A DNA stretch of 64,000 nucleotides. It comes from an uncultured Gammaproteobacteria bacterium. Lineage in GTDB: Bacteria; Patescibacteriota; Patescibacteriia; Buchananbacterales; UBA6539. This document shows, piece by piece, positions 47,027 through 57,076 of the stretch. Where the stretch lies: the NCBI GenBank assembly GCA_964540635.1, contig CAZINP010000003.1, positions 43,892-107,891 on the forward strand, written 5' to 3'. The position numbers and the translations under genes were made by a program. The notes beneath the pieces were generated by a model, which was not told the DNA's origin, did no database searches, and saw only the letters and a program-made list of their open reading frames with translations. The first letter of the stretch is position 1. Every line of letters begins with the position of its first letter.

Positions 47027-48220
47027 ATGGCTGAAATCAAACCAGAAATAGAAACATTTGCTAAAATTAAAGTAATTGGTGTTGGCGGAGCCGGAAATTC
47101 GGCGGTCAACAGAATGGTGAAAGCCAATATTCGTGGCGTTGAATTCATGGCCATTAACACGGACGTTCAAGCCCTACATCAATCTCAGGCTCAGACCAAG
47201 CTTCATATTGGTAAGATGACCTCGCGCGGTTTGGGTGCTGGTATGGATCCGGAAGTTGGCGCCAAGGCAGCCGAGGAAAGTCAGAATGAAATTAGGGAGT
47301 TAATCAAAGGATCAGATATGGTTTTTATTACTTGTGGTTTGGGTGGCGGTACCGGCACGGGTGCTTCGCCGATTGTGGCCAATATTGCCAAAGAGTCCGG
47401 CGCTCTAACAATTGCCGTTGTTACCAGGCCATTTGAGTTTGAAGGCCCGATTAGAAATGATATTGCGGAAAGAGGCTTTAATGTTTTGCGTGATCGGGTG
47501 GATGCAATTGTGACCATTCCCAATGATCGTATTTTGCAAATTATTGATAAAAAGACTTCAATGGTTGATTCGTTTAAGATTTGCGATGATGTCCTAAAGC
47601 AGGGTGTGGCAGGCATTGCTGAAATTATTACCATCCCGGGATTAATCAATGTTGATTTCGCTGACGTTAAAACAATCATGAAAGATACCGGCTCAGCCTT
47701 GATGGGCATTGGCACGGGCACAGGTGAGAATCGCGCCACGGATGCGGCCAGAGCGGCAATTTCTTCTCCCTTGCTTGAGCTTTCCATTGAGGGTGCCAAG
47801 GGAATTCTGTTTATGATAACCGGCGGGCCGGATATGGGTATGCACGAAGTCAGCGAAGCGGCCAAAGTTATCACCCAATCGGCCGATCCAAACGCCAAAG
47901 TTATTTTTGGCGCCAATATTAGCGAAAACATGAAGGATGAGATAAAAATTACTGTTATTGCTACTGGTTTTAACCAGAGAGAAGTGCGCGGCACCCCCCA
48001 AGCCTTTAAGATGCCTGAGGTTCAGCCAAGCCAACCGCAGCCGACTTATATTCCGCCGGAGTTTAGCTCTGCGCCAAGCCAACCTGCCGTGGCGCCGGTT
48101 AGTCCGATTACCAGAATTGCCAAAAAAGTTGCCAAAAAACCTGATTTATCCGAAATTAATGTCTCTGAGGGTGATGATGAATTAGAGATCCCGGCTTTTA
48201 TTAGAAAAAAAATGAAATAA
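47027..48220 (+). CDS. ftsZ: Cell division protein FtsZ
   Basis: IKVIGVGGAGNSAVNRM, GLGGGTGTG, INVDFADV, C-terminal LEIPAFIRK. Confidence 0.98.
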   Translation: MAEIKPEIETFAKIKVIGVGGAGNSAVNRMVKANIRGVEFMAINTDVQALHQSQAQTKLHIGKMTSRGLGAGMDPEVGAKAAEESQNEIRELIKGSDMVFITCGLGGGTGTGASPIVANIAKESGALTIAVVTRPFEFEGPIRNDIAERGFNVLRDRVDAIVTIPNDRILQIIDKKTSMVDSFKICDDVLKQGVAGIAEIITIPGLINVDFADVKTIMKDTGSALMGIGTGTGENRATDAARAAISSPLLELSIEGAKGILFMITGGPDMGMHEVSEAAKVITQSADPNAKVIFGANISENMKDEIKITVIATGFNQREVRGTPQAFKMPEVQPSQPQPTYIPPEFSSAPSQPAVAPVSPITRIAKKVAKKPDLSEINVSEGDDELEIPAFIRKKMK

Positions 48221-48399
48221 AATTTGAGTTAGTGAACAAAAAAACAACAAAAAACTTCACTAATTTTAGGAACAAAAATAAACACACACTGAAAAACAAA
48301 AAGGGTTGATGTTGAAAATTTTAAATAAGGCAAAGACTATGTCTTATTTTTTAGTCGCTTAAATTCATAAAATAACTATAAAAATTAAGATAAAAAGAT

Positions 48400-50748
48400 A
48401 TGATTTTGGGAATCGGAGAATCAAAACTAAAACTTTCAAAAAACGCTTTAACTGTCTTGGAGAGTCGTTATTTGCTTAAGGATGAAAAAGGCAAGGTAAT
48501 TGAAAAGCCAATGGAAATGTTTAAGCGCGTTTCCTCTTATATAATACAAGCTGAAGACAAATATAATTTATCCAAAGAACGCAAGGAAGAATTGGAAAAA
48601 GCGTTTTTGGAAATAATGACCAATTTGGAGTTTTTACCAAATAGCCCGACTTTTACCGGTGCCGGTACGGCCTTGGGCCAACTTTCTGCCTGTTTTGTTT
48701 TGCCGGTTGGCGACTCAATGGAAGAAATATTTTCAGCTATAAAAAATACCGCCTTAATCCACAAGTCCGGCGGGGGAACCGGCTTCTCATTCTCTCGGCT
48801 TCGTCCGTCAAATGATCCGGTTAGATCAACAAGCGGCGTGGCTTCCGGTCCGATTTCATTCATGGCAGTATTTGATGCGGCCACCGAAACCATCAAACAG
48901 GGCGGAACCAGGCGTGGTGCCAATATGGGCATTCTACGTGTTGATCATCCGGATATTTTACATTTCATTACCTGCAAGGAAGACAGTAACAAATTAAACA
49001 ATTTTAACATTTCCGTCGCCATCACCGATAAGTTCATGACCGCCATGGAGAGCAACGATGAATATGAATTAGTTAATCCTCATGATGGCAAAGTTGCAAT
49101 CAAGCTAAAGGCTCGCGAAGTTTGGGATAAAATTGTTGACCATGCTTGGCGCAACGGTGATCCGGGTATAATTTTTATTGATCGGATTAACAAATACAAC
49201 CCAACTCCGCATGTGGGTGAAATCGAAAGCACCAACCCTTGCGGGGAACAGCCTCTCTTGCCCTATGAATCTTGTAATTTGGGTTCAATTAATTTGGCCA
49301 AATTAATTAAAGATGGTCAGGTTGACTGGGACAGACTCGGCGATGTTGTAAAAATTGCTGTACGATTTTTGGACGATGTGATTGACATGAATTCTTATCC
49401 AATTCCAGAGATTGATAAAACAACAAAATCAAACCGAAAAATCGGTTTAGGAGTAATGGGTTGGGCAGATATGTTAATGATGCTTGGCATTCCCTATAAC
49501 TCCAACGAGGCGATTGATTTGGCTGAAAAGGTTATGAGATATATTAAAGAAATTGCCGATAAAACCTCAACAATTTTAGCCAAAGAAAAAGGCGTTTTCC
49601 CTAATTTTGAAGGCAGTATTTATGACACTCCAGAATCAGCCGGCATGAGAAATGCCACCAGAACCACTATTGCTCCAACCGGCACTTTAAGTATTATTGC
49701 CGCTTGCTCTTCCGGTATTGAGCCGCTTTTTGCCTTAGCTTATGTGCGCAAATCTCATATTGGCAAAAAGGGCGGCGACGAATGGGTTGAATTGGTTGAA
49801 GTCAATCCGTATTTTGAGGAAGTAGCCAGAGAGCGTGGTTTTTACAGCAAAGAATTAATGGATAAAATTGCCAAAGAAGGTTCAATTAAAGACATTCCCG
49901 AAGTGCCGGAAGATATCAAAAAGATTTTTGTTACTTCTCATGATATTACGCCCGAGTGGCATATCAGAATGCAGGCGGCGTTTCAGAAGTATGTTGATAA
50001 TGCGGTTTCTAAAACGGTTAATTTTCCGCACTCGGCCACCAGAGAGGATATTGCCAAATCCTATTTGCTTTCGTATGAAACCGGTTGCAAGGGCGTAACA
50101 ATTTATCGCGATGGCAGCCGCGATGTTCAGGTTTTAACAACCGGCAAATCTCATGGCCAAGAAAAATCGGGGCAAAATTTACCCGCCGTTTCCTTAACCA
50201 AACGCGAGAGACCCGTGGCCATGAAGGGCACAACCTATAAAATCAATACTTCATATGGTGATTTATATGTAACTATTAATGACGATGATTCCGGTCGTCC
50301 GTTTGAGGTCTTTGCCACGATCGGTAAGGCCGGCGGTTTTTTCTCGGCCAAATCAGAAGGTATTTGCCGCCTGGTTTCTTTGGCTTTAAGGTCAGGCATT
50401 CCGGCCGAAGATGTCATTAGACAAATTAAAGGTATTCGTGGGCCAATGCCGTCTTGGACCGAATGGGGGATGGTTTTATCTTTGCCGGATGCTGTTGCTC
50501 AGATAATGGAGCACCATATTACAAAAAATCAGCCGAAACTTGATTTGGAATTTCATAATAAATCCGAAGAAGAAAAGCAATCAGCTGGCAATCAATCAGC
50601 CCCAAAGCCAAACGGCAATGGTTTGAATATCAAACGCTCAATTGCGGATATCGGCGCAGCGCCAGAATGCCCGGAGTGCGGTAATGTTCTAGAGATTGCC
50701 GAGGGTTGCTTAAAATGCCAATCTTGCGGCTATTCCAAGTGCGGCTAA
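48400..50748 (+). CDS. nrdJ: Adenosylcobalamin-dependent (class II) ribonucleotide reductase
   Basis: FLPNSPT, QLSACFV, GGTRRGANM, TNPCGEQPL, TIAPTGT, SKTVN, C-terminal TSCPD-like domain and CPECG..EGC..C..CGYSKC. Confidence 0.93.
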   Translation: MILGIGESKLKLSKNALTVLESRYLLKDEKGKVIEKPMEMFKRVSSYIIQAEDKYNLSKERKEELEKAFLEIMTNLEFLPNSPTFTGAGTALGQLSACFVLPVGDSMEEIFSAIKNTALIHKSGGGTGFSFSRLRPSNDPVRSTSGVASGPISFMAVFDAATETIKQGGTRRGANMGILRVDHPDILHFITCKEDSNKLNNFNISVAITDKFMTAMESNDEYELVNPHDGKVAIKLKAREVWDKIVDHAWRNGDPGIIFIDRINKYNPTPHVGEIESTNPCGEQPLLPYESCNLGSINLAKLIKDGQVDWDRLGDVVKIAVRFLDDVIDMNSYPIPEIDKTTKSNRKIGLGVMGWADMLMMLGIPYNSNEAIDLAEKVMRYIKEIADKTSTILAKEKGVFPNFEGSIYDTPESAGMRNATRTTIAPTGTLSIIAACSSGIEPLFALAYVRKSHIGKKGGDEWVELVEVNPYFEEVARERGFYSKELMDKIAKEGSIKDIPEVPEDIKKIFVTSHDITPEWHIRMQAAFQKYVDNAVSKTVNFPHSATREDIAKSYLLSYETGCKGVTIYRDGSRDVQVLTTGKSHGQEKSGQNLPAVSLTKRERPVAMKGTTYKINTSYGDLYVTINDDDSGRPFEVFATIGKAGGFFSAKSEGICRLVSLALRSGIPAEDVIRQIKGIRGPMPSWTEWGMVLSLPDAVAQIMEHHITKNQPKLDLEFHNKSEEEKQSAGNQSAPKPNGNGLNIKRSIADIGAAPECPECGNVLEIAEGCLKCQSCGYSKCG

Positions 50749-50773
50749 TCTGAAAAAAATAACAATAACTTTC

Positions 50774-50806
50774 AATAATCCCGGACAGTTTTGCCCGGGA
50801 TTATTT
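50774..50806 (+). terminator. Terminator-like hairpin after nrdJ
   Basis: aataatcccggaca/tgcccgggattatt. Confidence 0.65.
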
Positions 50807-50932
50807 AATGAAAAAAATCATCTTTTGTGTTATAATAAAAACATAAAAATTAAAATAAATTTAATCCCTGCCAGGACGCAAATTAAGGGGTGGCTTCAGG
50901 GCTAAAAAATTTTTAGCCGAAAAAAATAATTT

Positions 50933-53485
50933 ATGAACAGCCAAAATATTTTTGGAAAATATTGGGAATTTGACAGCAATAAAACGCTAAAAATTTTTAA
51001 TACCAGTACGCAGGGGATTACAGAAAAAGAAATCGCTTCAAGAAGAAAAAAATTTGGTTCCAATGAAATTAAATCCCAAAAACAGCGATCTGCTTTAAAG
51101 ATTTTGCTTTCACAATTTTCAAGTCCGCTTTTGATTATTCTTTTGGTTGCTGCGCTTGTTTCGGGATTTTTGGGAGAATTTTTTTCAACAACAATAATCA
51201 TTTTAATGATTATTTTTTCGGCGATCATTTCTTTTTTTCAGGAGTACAGAAGTGAAAAAACCGTTCAGTTGCTTAAAAAAAAGGTGGCGCTTAAAACGCA
51301 AGTGATTCGCCACAATAAGACTCGTCAAATTCTAGCCAGCGATTTGGTGGTAGGAGATATTGTCAGTTTATTGTCCGGCACAGTCATCCCGGCAGATTTG
51401 AGAATTATTCAAAGTGATGAATTAACGATAAACGAGTCGGTTTTAACCGGAGAATCCTATCCGGTTCAAAAAAACTCTGAACCGCAAAGAGTAAAAGATT
51501 TTTTACCTCAGGCGATGAACAATTTAGCCTTTGCCGGCACGCATGTGGTTTCCGGTTCAGGCTTGGGCGTGGTGGTGGCCGTGGGTGCAAAAACTGAATT
51601 TGGCAAAACCGCTGCTTTATTGGGCGCACAACAAACGCCTTCACAATTTCAAAAAGGAGTTTCTGATTTTGGTATTTTTCTTTTTAAAATCATCGTGGTT
51701 TTTTCCTTGATGGTTTTTTTGTTTTTGGCAATCTTTAGAGGGAATTGGCTGGCCTCATTGATGTTTTCTTTATCAATTGCCGTTGGTATATCACCTGAAC
51801 TTTTGCCTTTGATTATCACCATAAATCTTTCCAAAGCCGCCAGGTTGATGGCAAAAAATCATGTTATTGTTAAAAGATTAATGGCCATTGAGAACTTAGG
51901 CAATGCTGATATTTTATGCACGGATAAGACCGGAACCCTAACGGAAGGCAAAGTGTTTTTACGAGATTTTTTCAATTTTGAAGGCAAGAAGGACTTAAAA
52001 CTTTTGACTTTTGCAAATTTATGCAACTGTTATAATTTTACCAAAGCTGATTGCCATAATATTTTGGACGATGCGGTTATTGAGTTTGTGAAGAAGAATA
52101 AATATGGCAAAAAATTAATTAAAGAATATAAATTTATCGACGACGTTGCTTTTGATTTCGATCGTCGTCGCATGAGCGCCATTGTTCAAAATAAAGAAAG
52201 ATTGATTATTACCAAGGGCGCTGACGAGGAAATGCTTTCTGTTTGTACTCATGTGGAAATAAATGAAAGAGTTGCTCCAATTAACGCACATTTGAAAAAA
52301 ATCAAAGCTAAAATAAAAGAACAGGAAAGTTGCGGTTTGAAAACATTGCTTTTAGCCTACAGGGAAATTGAAGTTAAAGATAAATATTCTACCGAAGACG
52401 AAAAAGATTTAATCTTATCCGGGTATTTGGTTTTTGCCGACCCGCCTAAAAAGTCAGCGGCCAAATCTCTGGAGATGTTTAGGCAAATGGGGGTTCATAT
52501 AAAATTAATTACCGGAGACACCGAAGAGTCAGCAAAATTTTTAGCCAAGGAGACGGGATTTTTGTATGCCAAAACAATCTCCGGGCAAAAATTGCAAAAA
52601 TTTAAAACGGAAAAATTTAATCAAGCGGTTTCTGATTATGATATTTTTGCCAAAGCCACGCCTGAATTAAAATTACGTATTATTAAGGCCTTAAAAGAAA
52701 AAGGTCATGCCGTTGCTTTTTTGGGCGATGGCATTAATGATGCCCCGGCCTTAAGGCAAGCTGATGTGGGCATCTCGGTTGACAGCGCGACGGATGTGGC
52801 CAAGGAGGCAGCAGATGTTATTTTGTTAAAGAAAAATTTGCAGGTGTTAATTGGCGGCATAATTGAGGGTCGAAAAACCTTTGGCAACACGCTTAAGTAT
52901 ATTTTTTGCACCATCTCTTCAAATTACGGTAATATGTTTTCTGTTGTTGGCGCGTCAATTTTATTGCCATTTATTCCTTTATTGCCGGTTCAAGTTTTAC
53001 TTCTAAATTTTTTAAGCGATTTTCCACTTTTGGCAATTTCCACGGACCGGGTGGACGAAGAATATTTAAAAAAACCGAAGCAATGGGACATAAAGAAAAT
53101 TAAAAAGTTTATGAATTACTTCGGACTTATCAGCTCCGCTTTTGATTTTCTGACTTTTGGTTTTTTACTTTTTATTGTCAAAGCTTCCATGCCGCTTTTT
53201 CAGGTTGGTTGGTTTTGGCAGTCATTTCTAACAGAGGTGCTTTTGATTTTCGTAATCAGAACCCGAAAGTGGTTTTTTAGATCAAGACCGTCAAACGGTT
53301 TAATTACGGCTTTTTTAATAACCATTTTGATTGTTTTGGCAATAATGTATACGCCGTTGGCCGATTATTTCGGTTTTGCGATAATGCCCCTTTGGGTTAA
53401 TTTAACAATGATTGCCATGGGCTTTGGCTATTTCTTCGTGGTTGAATTGGGCAAGAAGGCATTTTATCGTAAATATGACATTTGA
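50933..53485 (+). CDS. mgtA: Magnesium-translocating P-type ATPase
   Basis: LTGES, PELLP, DKTGTLT, FDFDRRRMS, GDGINDAPAL, KYI..TISSNYGNMFS, PF.PLLP.Q.LL.N...D (MgtA-type). Confidence 0.88.
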   Translation: MNSQNIFGKYWEFDSNKTLKIFNTSTQGITEKEIASRRKKFGSNEIKSQKQRSALKILLSQFSSPLLIILLVAALVSGFLGEFFSTTIIILMIIFSAIISFFQEYRSEKTVQLLKKKVALKTQVIRHNKTRQILASDLVVGDIVSLLSGTVIPADLRIIQSDELTINESVLTGESYPVQKNSEPQRVKDFLPQAMNNLAFAGTHVVSGSGLGVVVAVGAKTEFGKTAALLGAQQTPSQFQKGVSDFGIFLFKIIVVFSLMVFLFLAIFRGNWLASLMFSLSIAVGISPELLPLIITINLSKAARLMAKNHVIVKRLMAIENLGNADILCTDKTGTLTEGKVFLRDFFNFEGKKDLKLLTFANLCNCYNFTKADCHNILDDAVIEFVKKNKYGKKLIKEYKFIDDVAFDFDRRRMSAIVQNKERLIITKGADEEMLSVCTHVEINERVAPINAHLKKIKAKIKEQESCGLKTLLLAYREIEVKDKYSTEDEKDLILSGYLVFADPPKKSAAKSLEMFRQMGVHIKLITGDTEESAKFLAKETGFLYAKTISGQKLQKFKTEKFNQAVSDYDIFAKATPELKLRIIKALKEKGHAVAFLGDGINDAPALRQADVGISVDSATDVAKEAADVILLKKNLQVLIGGIIEGRKTFGNTLKYIFCTISSNYGNMFSVVGASILLPFIPLLPVQVLLLNFLSDFPLLAISTDRVDEEYLKKPKQWDIKKIKKFMNYFGLISSAFDFLTFGFLLFIVKASMPLFQVGWFWQSFLTEVLLIFVIRTRKWFFRSRPSNGLITAFLITILIVLAIMYTPLADYFGFAIMPLWVNLTMIAMGFGYFFVVELGKKAFYRKYDI

Positions 53486-53519
53486 TTATTTTAGCGATTT
53501 GCGCTAAGTATTAATTTGT

Positions 53520-54041
53520 ATGAAAAAAGATTTGGGTAAAATACATGTTTATACCGGCAACGGTAAGGGCAAGACCACGGCGGCCTTAGGTTTGGCTTTG
53601 CGCGCCATTGGCGCCGGGTATAAGGTTTATATTATTCAGTTTTTGAAAGCCCAAGATTATAGTGAGTTAAAAAGTCTAAAGCCGCTTAAACAAATTACTC
53701 TCAAGCGCTTTGGTTTAAAATCTTTTATCGTCAAAGAAGCAAAATCTGCCGACAAGGTTTTAGCCAAAGAAGCCTTGAGTTGGTCAAAAAAAATATTACA
53801 AAGCAAAAAATTTGATCTGGTTATTTTAGATGAAATATTTTTAGCGACATTTTTTAAGCTTATTGATGTTAAGGATTTGATTAAGCTGATAAAACAAAAA
53901 CCAAAAGGCATTGAGCTTATTTTAACCGGCCGGCAAGCGCCAAAAGAAGCGATTGCTTTGGCCGATTACGTTACGGAAATGAAAGAAATTAAGCATCCAT
54001 ATCAAAATGGTCAGCTGGCCAGGAAGGGAATAGAGGATTAA
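53520..54041 (+). CDS. btuR: Cob(I)alamin/corrinoid adenosyltransferase (CobA/CobO/BtuR)
   Basis: VYTGNGKGKTTAALG..RA.G.G, QFLK, VILDEI, ELILTGR.AP, ADYVTEM..IKHPY..G..ARKGIE. Confidence 0.93.
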   Translation: MKKDLGKIHVYTGNGKGKTTAALGLALRAIGAGYKVYIIQFLKAQDYSELKSLKPLKQITLKRFGLKSFIVKEAKSADKVLAKEALSWSKKILQSKKFDLVILDEIFLATFFKLIDVKDLIKLIKQKPKGIELILTGRQAPKEAIALADYVTEMKEIKHPYQNGQLARKGIED

Positions 54042-54093
54042 TTTTTTTGTGGATAAGTTATTTTTATAAAAAATTCTAGTTGTTTTGCCACAT

Positions 54094-54122
54094 TTGACAA
54101 CCCAAAATAAATAAACTAAAAT
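54094..54122 (+). promoter_or_regulatory. Promoter of the B12-riboswitch operon
   Basis: TTGACA-17-TAAAAT. Confidence 0.7.
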
Positions 54123-54145
54123 TAAAAACACATTAAAAACTTGTT

Positions 54146-54238
54146 TGAATTTTCCGAAGCGAGGTGAGAGTCCTCCACTGGTCCGCAACTGTGAAGTTTT
54201 AGCCAAAAGCTAAAAATAAGTCAGGTCGCGAAAATTCA
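54146..54238 (+). promoter_or_regulatory. Cobalamin riboswitch (compact variant)
   Basis: gaa-gc-gaGGTGagAgTCCtc-cactg-gtCCGCAACTGTGA-[ttttagc/gctaaaa hairpin]-AAGTCAG, closed by tgaattttc/gaaaattca; lies between btuR and B12-type uptake genes. Confidence 0.8.
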
Positions 54239-54308
54239 GACGCTAACACTTAACTCTTCGAGATCAAGAGTTGGTGGCCTGGCCGTTTGTCGCGGCTTGT
54301 TGCCCCGA

Positions 54309-54334
54309 CTCCCTCGAAAAAGGGAGATTTTTTT
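54309..54334 (+). terminator. Riboswitch expression-platform hairpin (terminator and/or RBS sequestration)
   Basis: ctccct-cgaaaa-agggag-a-T7 directly before ATG 54335. Confidence 0.6.
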
Positions 54335-56113
54335 ATGAAAAAAAGCAAAGTTTTGCTTTTGGGCCTAGCCCTAATGCTTTTGCCCATTAATCCGGCAGTG
54401 GTTTTGGCTGATTTACCGTCAGGCGTTTCCTATCTGCAATCGGCCACACAAGACGCTTGGACAACTCAAGCTTTGGCGGCGGCCAATCAAACGAATTTAA
54501 GTTTGGCGCATTTGCAGTCGGTTTCCGGAAGTTTGGCCACTGATTACGCTAAAGCGATTTTAGCTTTGGCTTCAGCCGGAGAAGATCCAAAAACTTTTGG
54601 TAATATTGATTATGTTGCCAAATTAAAAACCTATTACAATAATAATCAATTTGGTGATGCCGGTTTAATTAACGACGATATTTGGTCGCTATTGGCTTTG
54701 GCGGCCGTAAGGGATACAGCCGGTCAAGATTTTATTGATGCAAAGAATTATATTCTCAATCATCAAAACAGTGATGGCGGCTGGTCTTATGCCGCTTCTG
54801 GATCAAGCGACAGCAATGATACGGCCGCGGCCATTATCGCTTTGGTTGAAGCCGGTTATGATTCTTCAAGCCAAGAGGTTGCGGCGGGAATCGATTATTT
54901 AAGAACTACTCAAAATTCCGACGGTGGTTTTGGTTATGATACATCTTCTGACTCTGATTCTGGATCTGACTCTTGGGTAATTGCGGCCTTGAACAAATTA
55001 AATATTCAAGCCAACACTTGGGAAAAAGACGGCAATGATCCGATTGAGCATTTAAATTCGTTGCAAGATACTGATGGCGGCTTCTGGTGGGTAAAGCCAG
55101 GTACTTCTGATTTTAATAATAAAGCGATGACTGCTTATGCTGTAATTGCTTTGTCCGGGAAGTCATTTCCGGTTGGTTATTATCAATTGGCAGTCAGCAA
55201 TGATTTTTATTTGAGAGTGGAGGGGAGTGCAGGTCAAATTTGTGAAACAGAAGTTGCCGGTCAAACGGCGTTGGATTTAATTAAGAATGCCGCTGAAGAA
55301 TGTAATTATACCTATACAATTACTCAGGAAAGCTTTGGGCCTTATTTGCGCGCAATTAATTCCGAAGAAGCGCAAGGACTGGATGGTTGGCTTTATTTTG
55401 TCAACGATTCTTCGCCGGCCGTGGGCGCGGCTGATTATGTCTTGGCTGCCGGTGATAAGGTTTTGTTTTATTATGGTCAGTGGGGCTGGAATCCAACCAA
55501 ATTGATTTTATCTGCTCAAGATATTGAAGTCGGCCAGAGTGTTCAGGTTCAGGCCAAATATTTTAATGGTACAAACTGGCTTCCTTTACCCGAGGCGACA
55601 ATTTACGTTAACAACACTTCGCGCCAGGCTGATTCAGCGGGTGGGTTGACTTTAACCTTTGAGCAAAATGGCATTAATCAAATTTGGCTTGATACGCCGG
55701 AATTTGTGCGCAGCGCTAAATATAAAATCCAAGTGGGCGCCGGTGTTTCCCAAGCCGTTGGTTTGCAGGCTGAAATTGATCAAGCCGGATCGATTTTGGG
55801 TGATTCAATCGGGCTGGAAGTTGTCCCGGGAAATCTTGATTTTGGACGCCTAAAACCCGGCCAGAGCTTATCTCAGACTTTGGTTCTCAGAAACGTTGGG
55901 CAAAGCCAAATTGAAGTTGGTGCCAATGTTACCGGCGATGATTTATTTGTAAATCAGATAAAAATTAACAGTATTTCCCCCAATCAATTTTTGGAAACAA
56001 TTGACTATGCTGATCAAAAAGAAGTGGTAATCGGTTTTGCGGTTCCGGCCAGTTACGGCGGCAGCGGCGTTAAAACCGGTCAGATAATTTTTTGGGCGAC
56101 AAGCGCGAATTAA
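54335..56113 (+). CDS. Secreted prenyltransferase/squalene-oxidase-repeat alpha-barrel + DUF4430 (transcobalamin-like) + Ig-like protein
   Basis: Signal peptide; QNSDGGWSY, QNSDGGFGY, LQDTDGGFW repeats; TALDLI...FGPYLRAIN...GWLYFVND....VGAADY.L..GDKVLFYY; C-terminal LDFGRLKPG..LRNVG. Confidence 0.8.
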   Translation: MKKSKVLLLGLALMLLPINPAVVLADLPSGVSYLQSATQDAWTTQALAAANQTNLSLAHLQSVSGSLATDYAKAILALASAGEDPKTFGNIDYVAKLKTYYNNNQFGDAGLINDDIWSLLALAAVRDTAGQDFIDAKNYILNHQNSDGGWSYAASGSSDSNDTAAAIIALVEAGYDSSSQEVAAGIDYLRTTQNSDGGFGYDTSSDSDSGSDSWVIAALNKLNIQANTWEKDGNDPIEHLNSLQDTDGGFWWVKPGTSDFNNKAMTAYAVIALSGKSFPVGYYQLAVSNDFYLRVEGSAGQICETEVAGQTALDLIKNAAEECNYTYTITQESFGPYLRAINSEEAQGLDGWLYFVNDSSPAVGAADYVLAAGDKVLFYYGQWGWNPTKLILSAQDIEVGQSVQVQAKYFNGTNWLPLPEATIYVNNTSRQADSAGGLTLTFEQNGINQIWLDTPEFVRSAKYKIQVGAGVSQAVGLQAEIDQAGSILGDSIGLEVVPGNLDFGRLKPGQSLSQTLVLRNVGQSQIEVGANVTGDDLFVNQIKINSISPNQFLETIDYADQKEVVIGFAVPASYGGSGVKTGQIIFWATSAN

Positions 56114-56114
56114 T

Positions 56115-56618
56115 ATGAGAATTATTGGCCAAAAAATATTATTTATCTTGGTTGTTGCCTTATTTTTTTGGCCGTTGCCGTCATCGGGTTTGGGTCTTTT
56201 GGTTAAGCCTCAGAAGTTGGAAGTGATTTCGTCTCCCGCGAATTTTAATGCCACCGAAATTATGGTTTTGAATAATTCCGATCAGCCGGCCATATATTTG
56301 GTTTCTTCGGATGGTTGGCAAAATCAAATTTCAATTGAGCCCAATGAGTTCAAGCTTGAGCCGAACGAATCAAAAGCAGTTAAAATTTACAGTCGCTTTT
56401 TGTGGCCCGGTTCATACAAAACCAACATTGCCGTTATTGCCAAGTCATTGTCGGCAGGGGATGCTTTGGCGGTTCCGGGAGTTAAGATACCTTATAAAAT
56501 TAATATCTCAAATTGGTTTTATGTATTGTTTTTAGGGTTAATTATATTTTTTTGCTTTGTTCTGTTTTTTGCGGTAAAATGGTTATTGTCAATAAAAAGA
56601 AACAAGAATGAATTATAG
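56115..56618 (+). CDS. Exported Ig-like protein with C-terminal membrane anchor
   Basis: Signal peptide, V.P..LE, N.SD.P..Y, IEPNEFKLEPNESKAV, C-terminal TM + basic tail. Confidence 0.65.
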   Translation: MRIIGQKILFILVVALFFWPLPSSGLGLLVKPQKLEVISSPANFNATEIMVLNNSDQPAIYLVSSDGWQNQISIEPNEFKLEPNESKAVKIYSRFLWPGSYKTNIAVIAKSLSAGDALAVPGVKIPYKINISNWFYVLFLGLIIFFCFVLFFAVKWLLSIKRNKNEL

Positions 56619-57063
56619 GATTATAAAAAATTTAACCAGGATTTTGGTCGTTTTATTGGTTTTTTTTGCCGGGTTTTGGTTTGGCCGCTTGCAGGTTCAA
56701 GCGCCTGTTCAAAATCTTGATAACACTCAGATTCCGGCTGAAATTTATGTTGACTTAACTATTGATTACGGCTCGGGAAATATTCAGGAATTTAAAGATC
56801 TGTCATTAAGCCCAAAATCAAGCGTTTATGATTTACTCAAGGTTGCAGAGAAATCAAATGGTTTAGGGCTGCAGGTTAAAGATTACGGCTCGGACATGGG
56901 TGTTTTGATTGAGGGTTTGGGAGGGGTTAGTAATAATCCCAGAACCGGCACTTATTGGCAGCTGTGGGTTAACGGTTCATACGCCCAAGTTGGTGCCAGT
57001 GCGTATGAGCTAAATTCAGGTGATAAGGTTGAGTGGAAATATACTAATTCTCAAATTAAATAA
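56608..57063 (+). CDS. Membrane-anchored DUF4430 (transcobalamin beta-domain-like) protein
   Basis: N-terminal TM; SVYDLL, MGVLIEGLGG, YWQLWVNG....VGA..Y.L..GDKVEWKY. Confidence 0.82.
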   Translation: MNYRIIKNLTRILVVLLVFFAGFWFGRLQVQAPVQNLDNTQIPAEIYVDLTIDYGSGNIQEFKDLSLSPKSSVYDLLKVAEKSNGLGLQVKDYGSDMGVLIEGLGGVSNNPRTGTYWQLWVNGSYAQVGASAYELNSGDKVEWKYTNSQIK

Positions 57064-57076
57064 TTAAGGATATATT

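Noticed and set aside
47281-47994. 237-aa antisense ORF inside ftsZ
   Set aside because: Typical antisense shadow of a conserved, codon-biased gene
48330-48352. Possible NrdR box upstream of nrdJ (agactatgtcttattt)
   Set aside because: Only a weak partial match and no second tandem box
54048-54056. Perfect DnaA box (TGTGGATAA) after btuR
   Set aside because: A single isolated 9-mer is compatible with chance; no cluster or unwinding element supports an origin
54287-54334. ORF-track N-terminal extension of the 608-aa protein
   Set aside because: It overlaps the riboswitch expression platform; the signal peptide starts at ATG 54335
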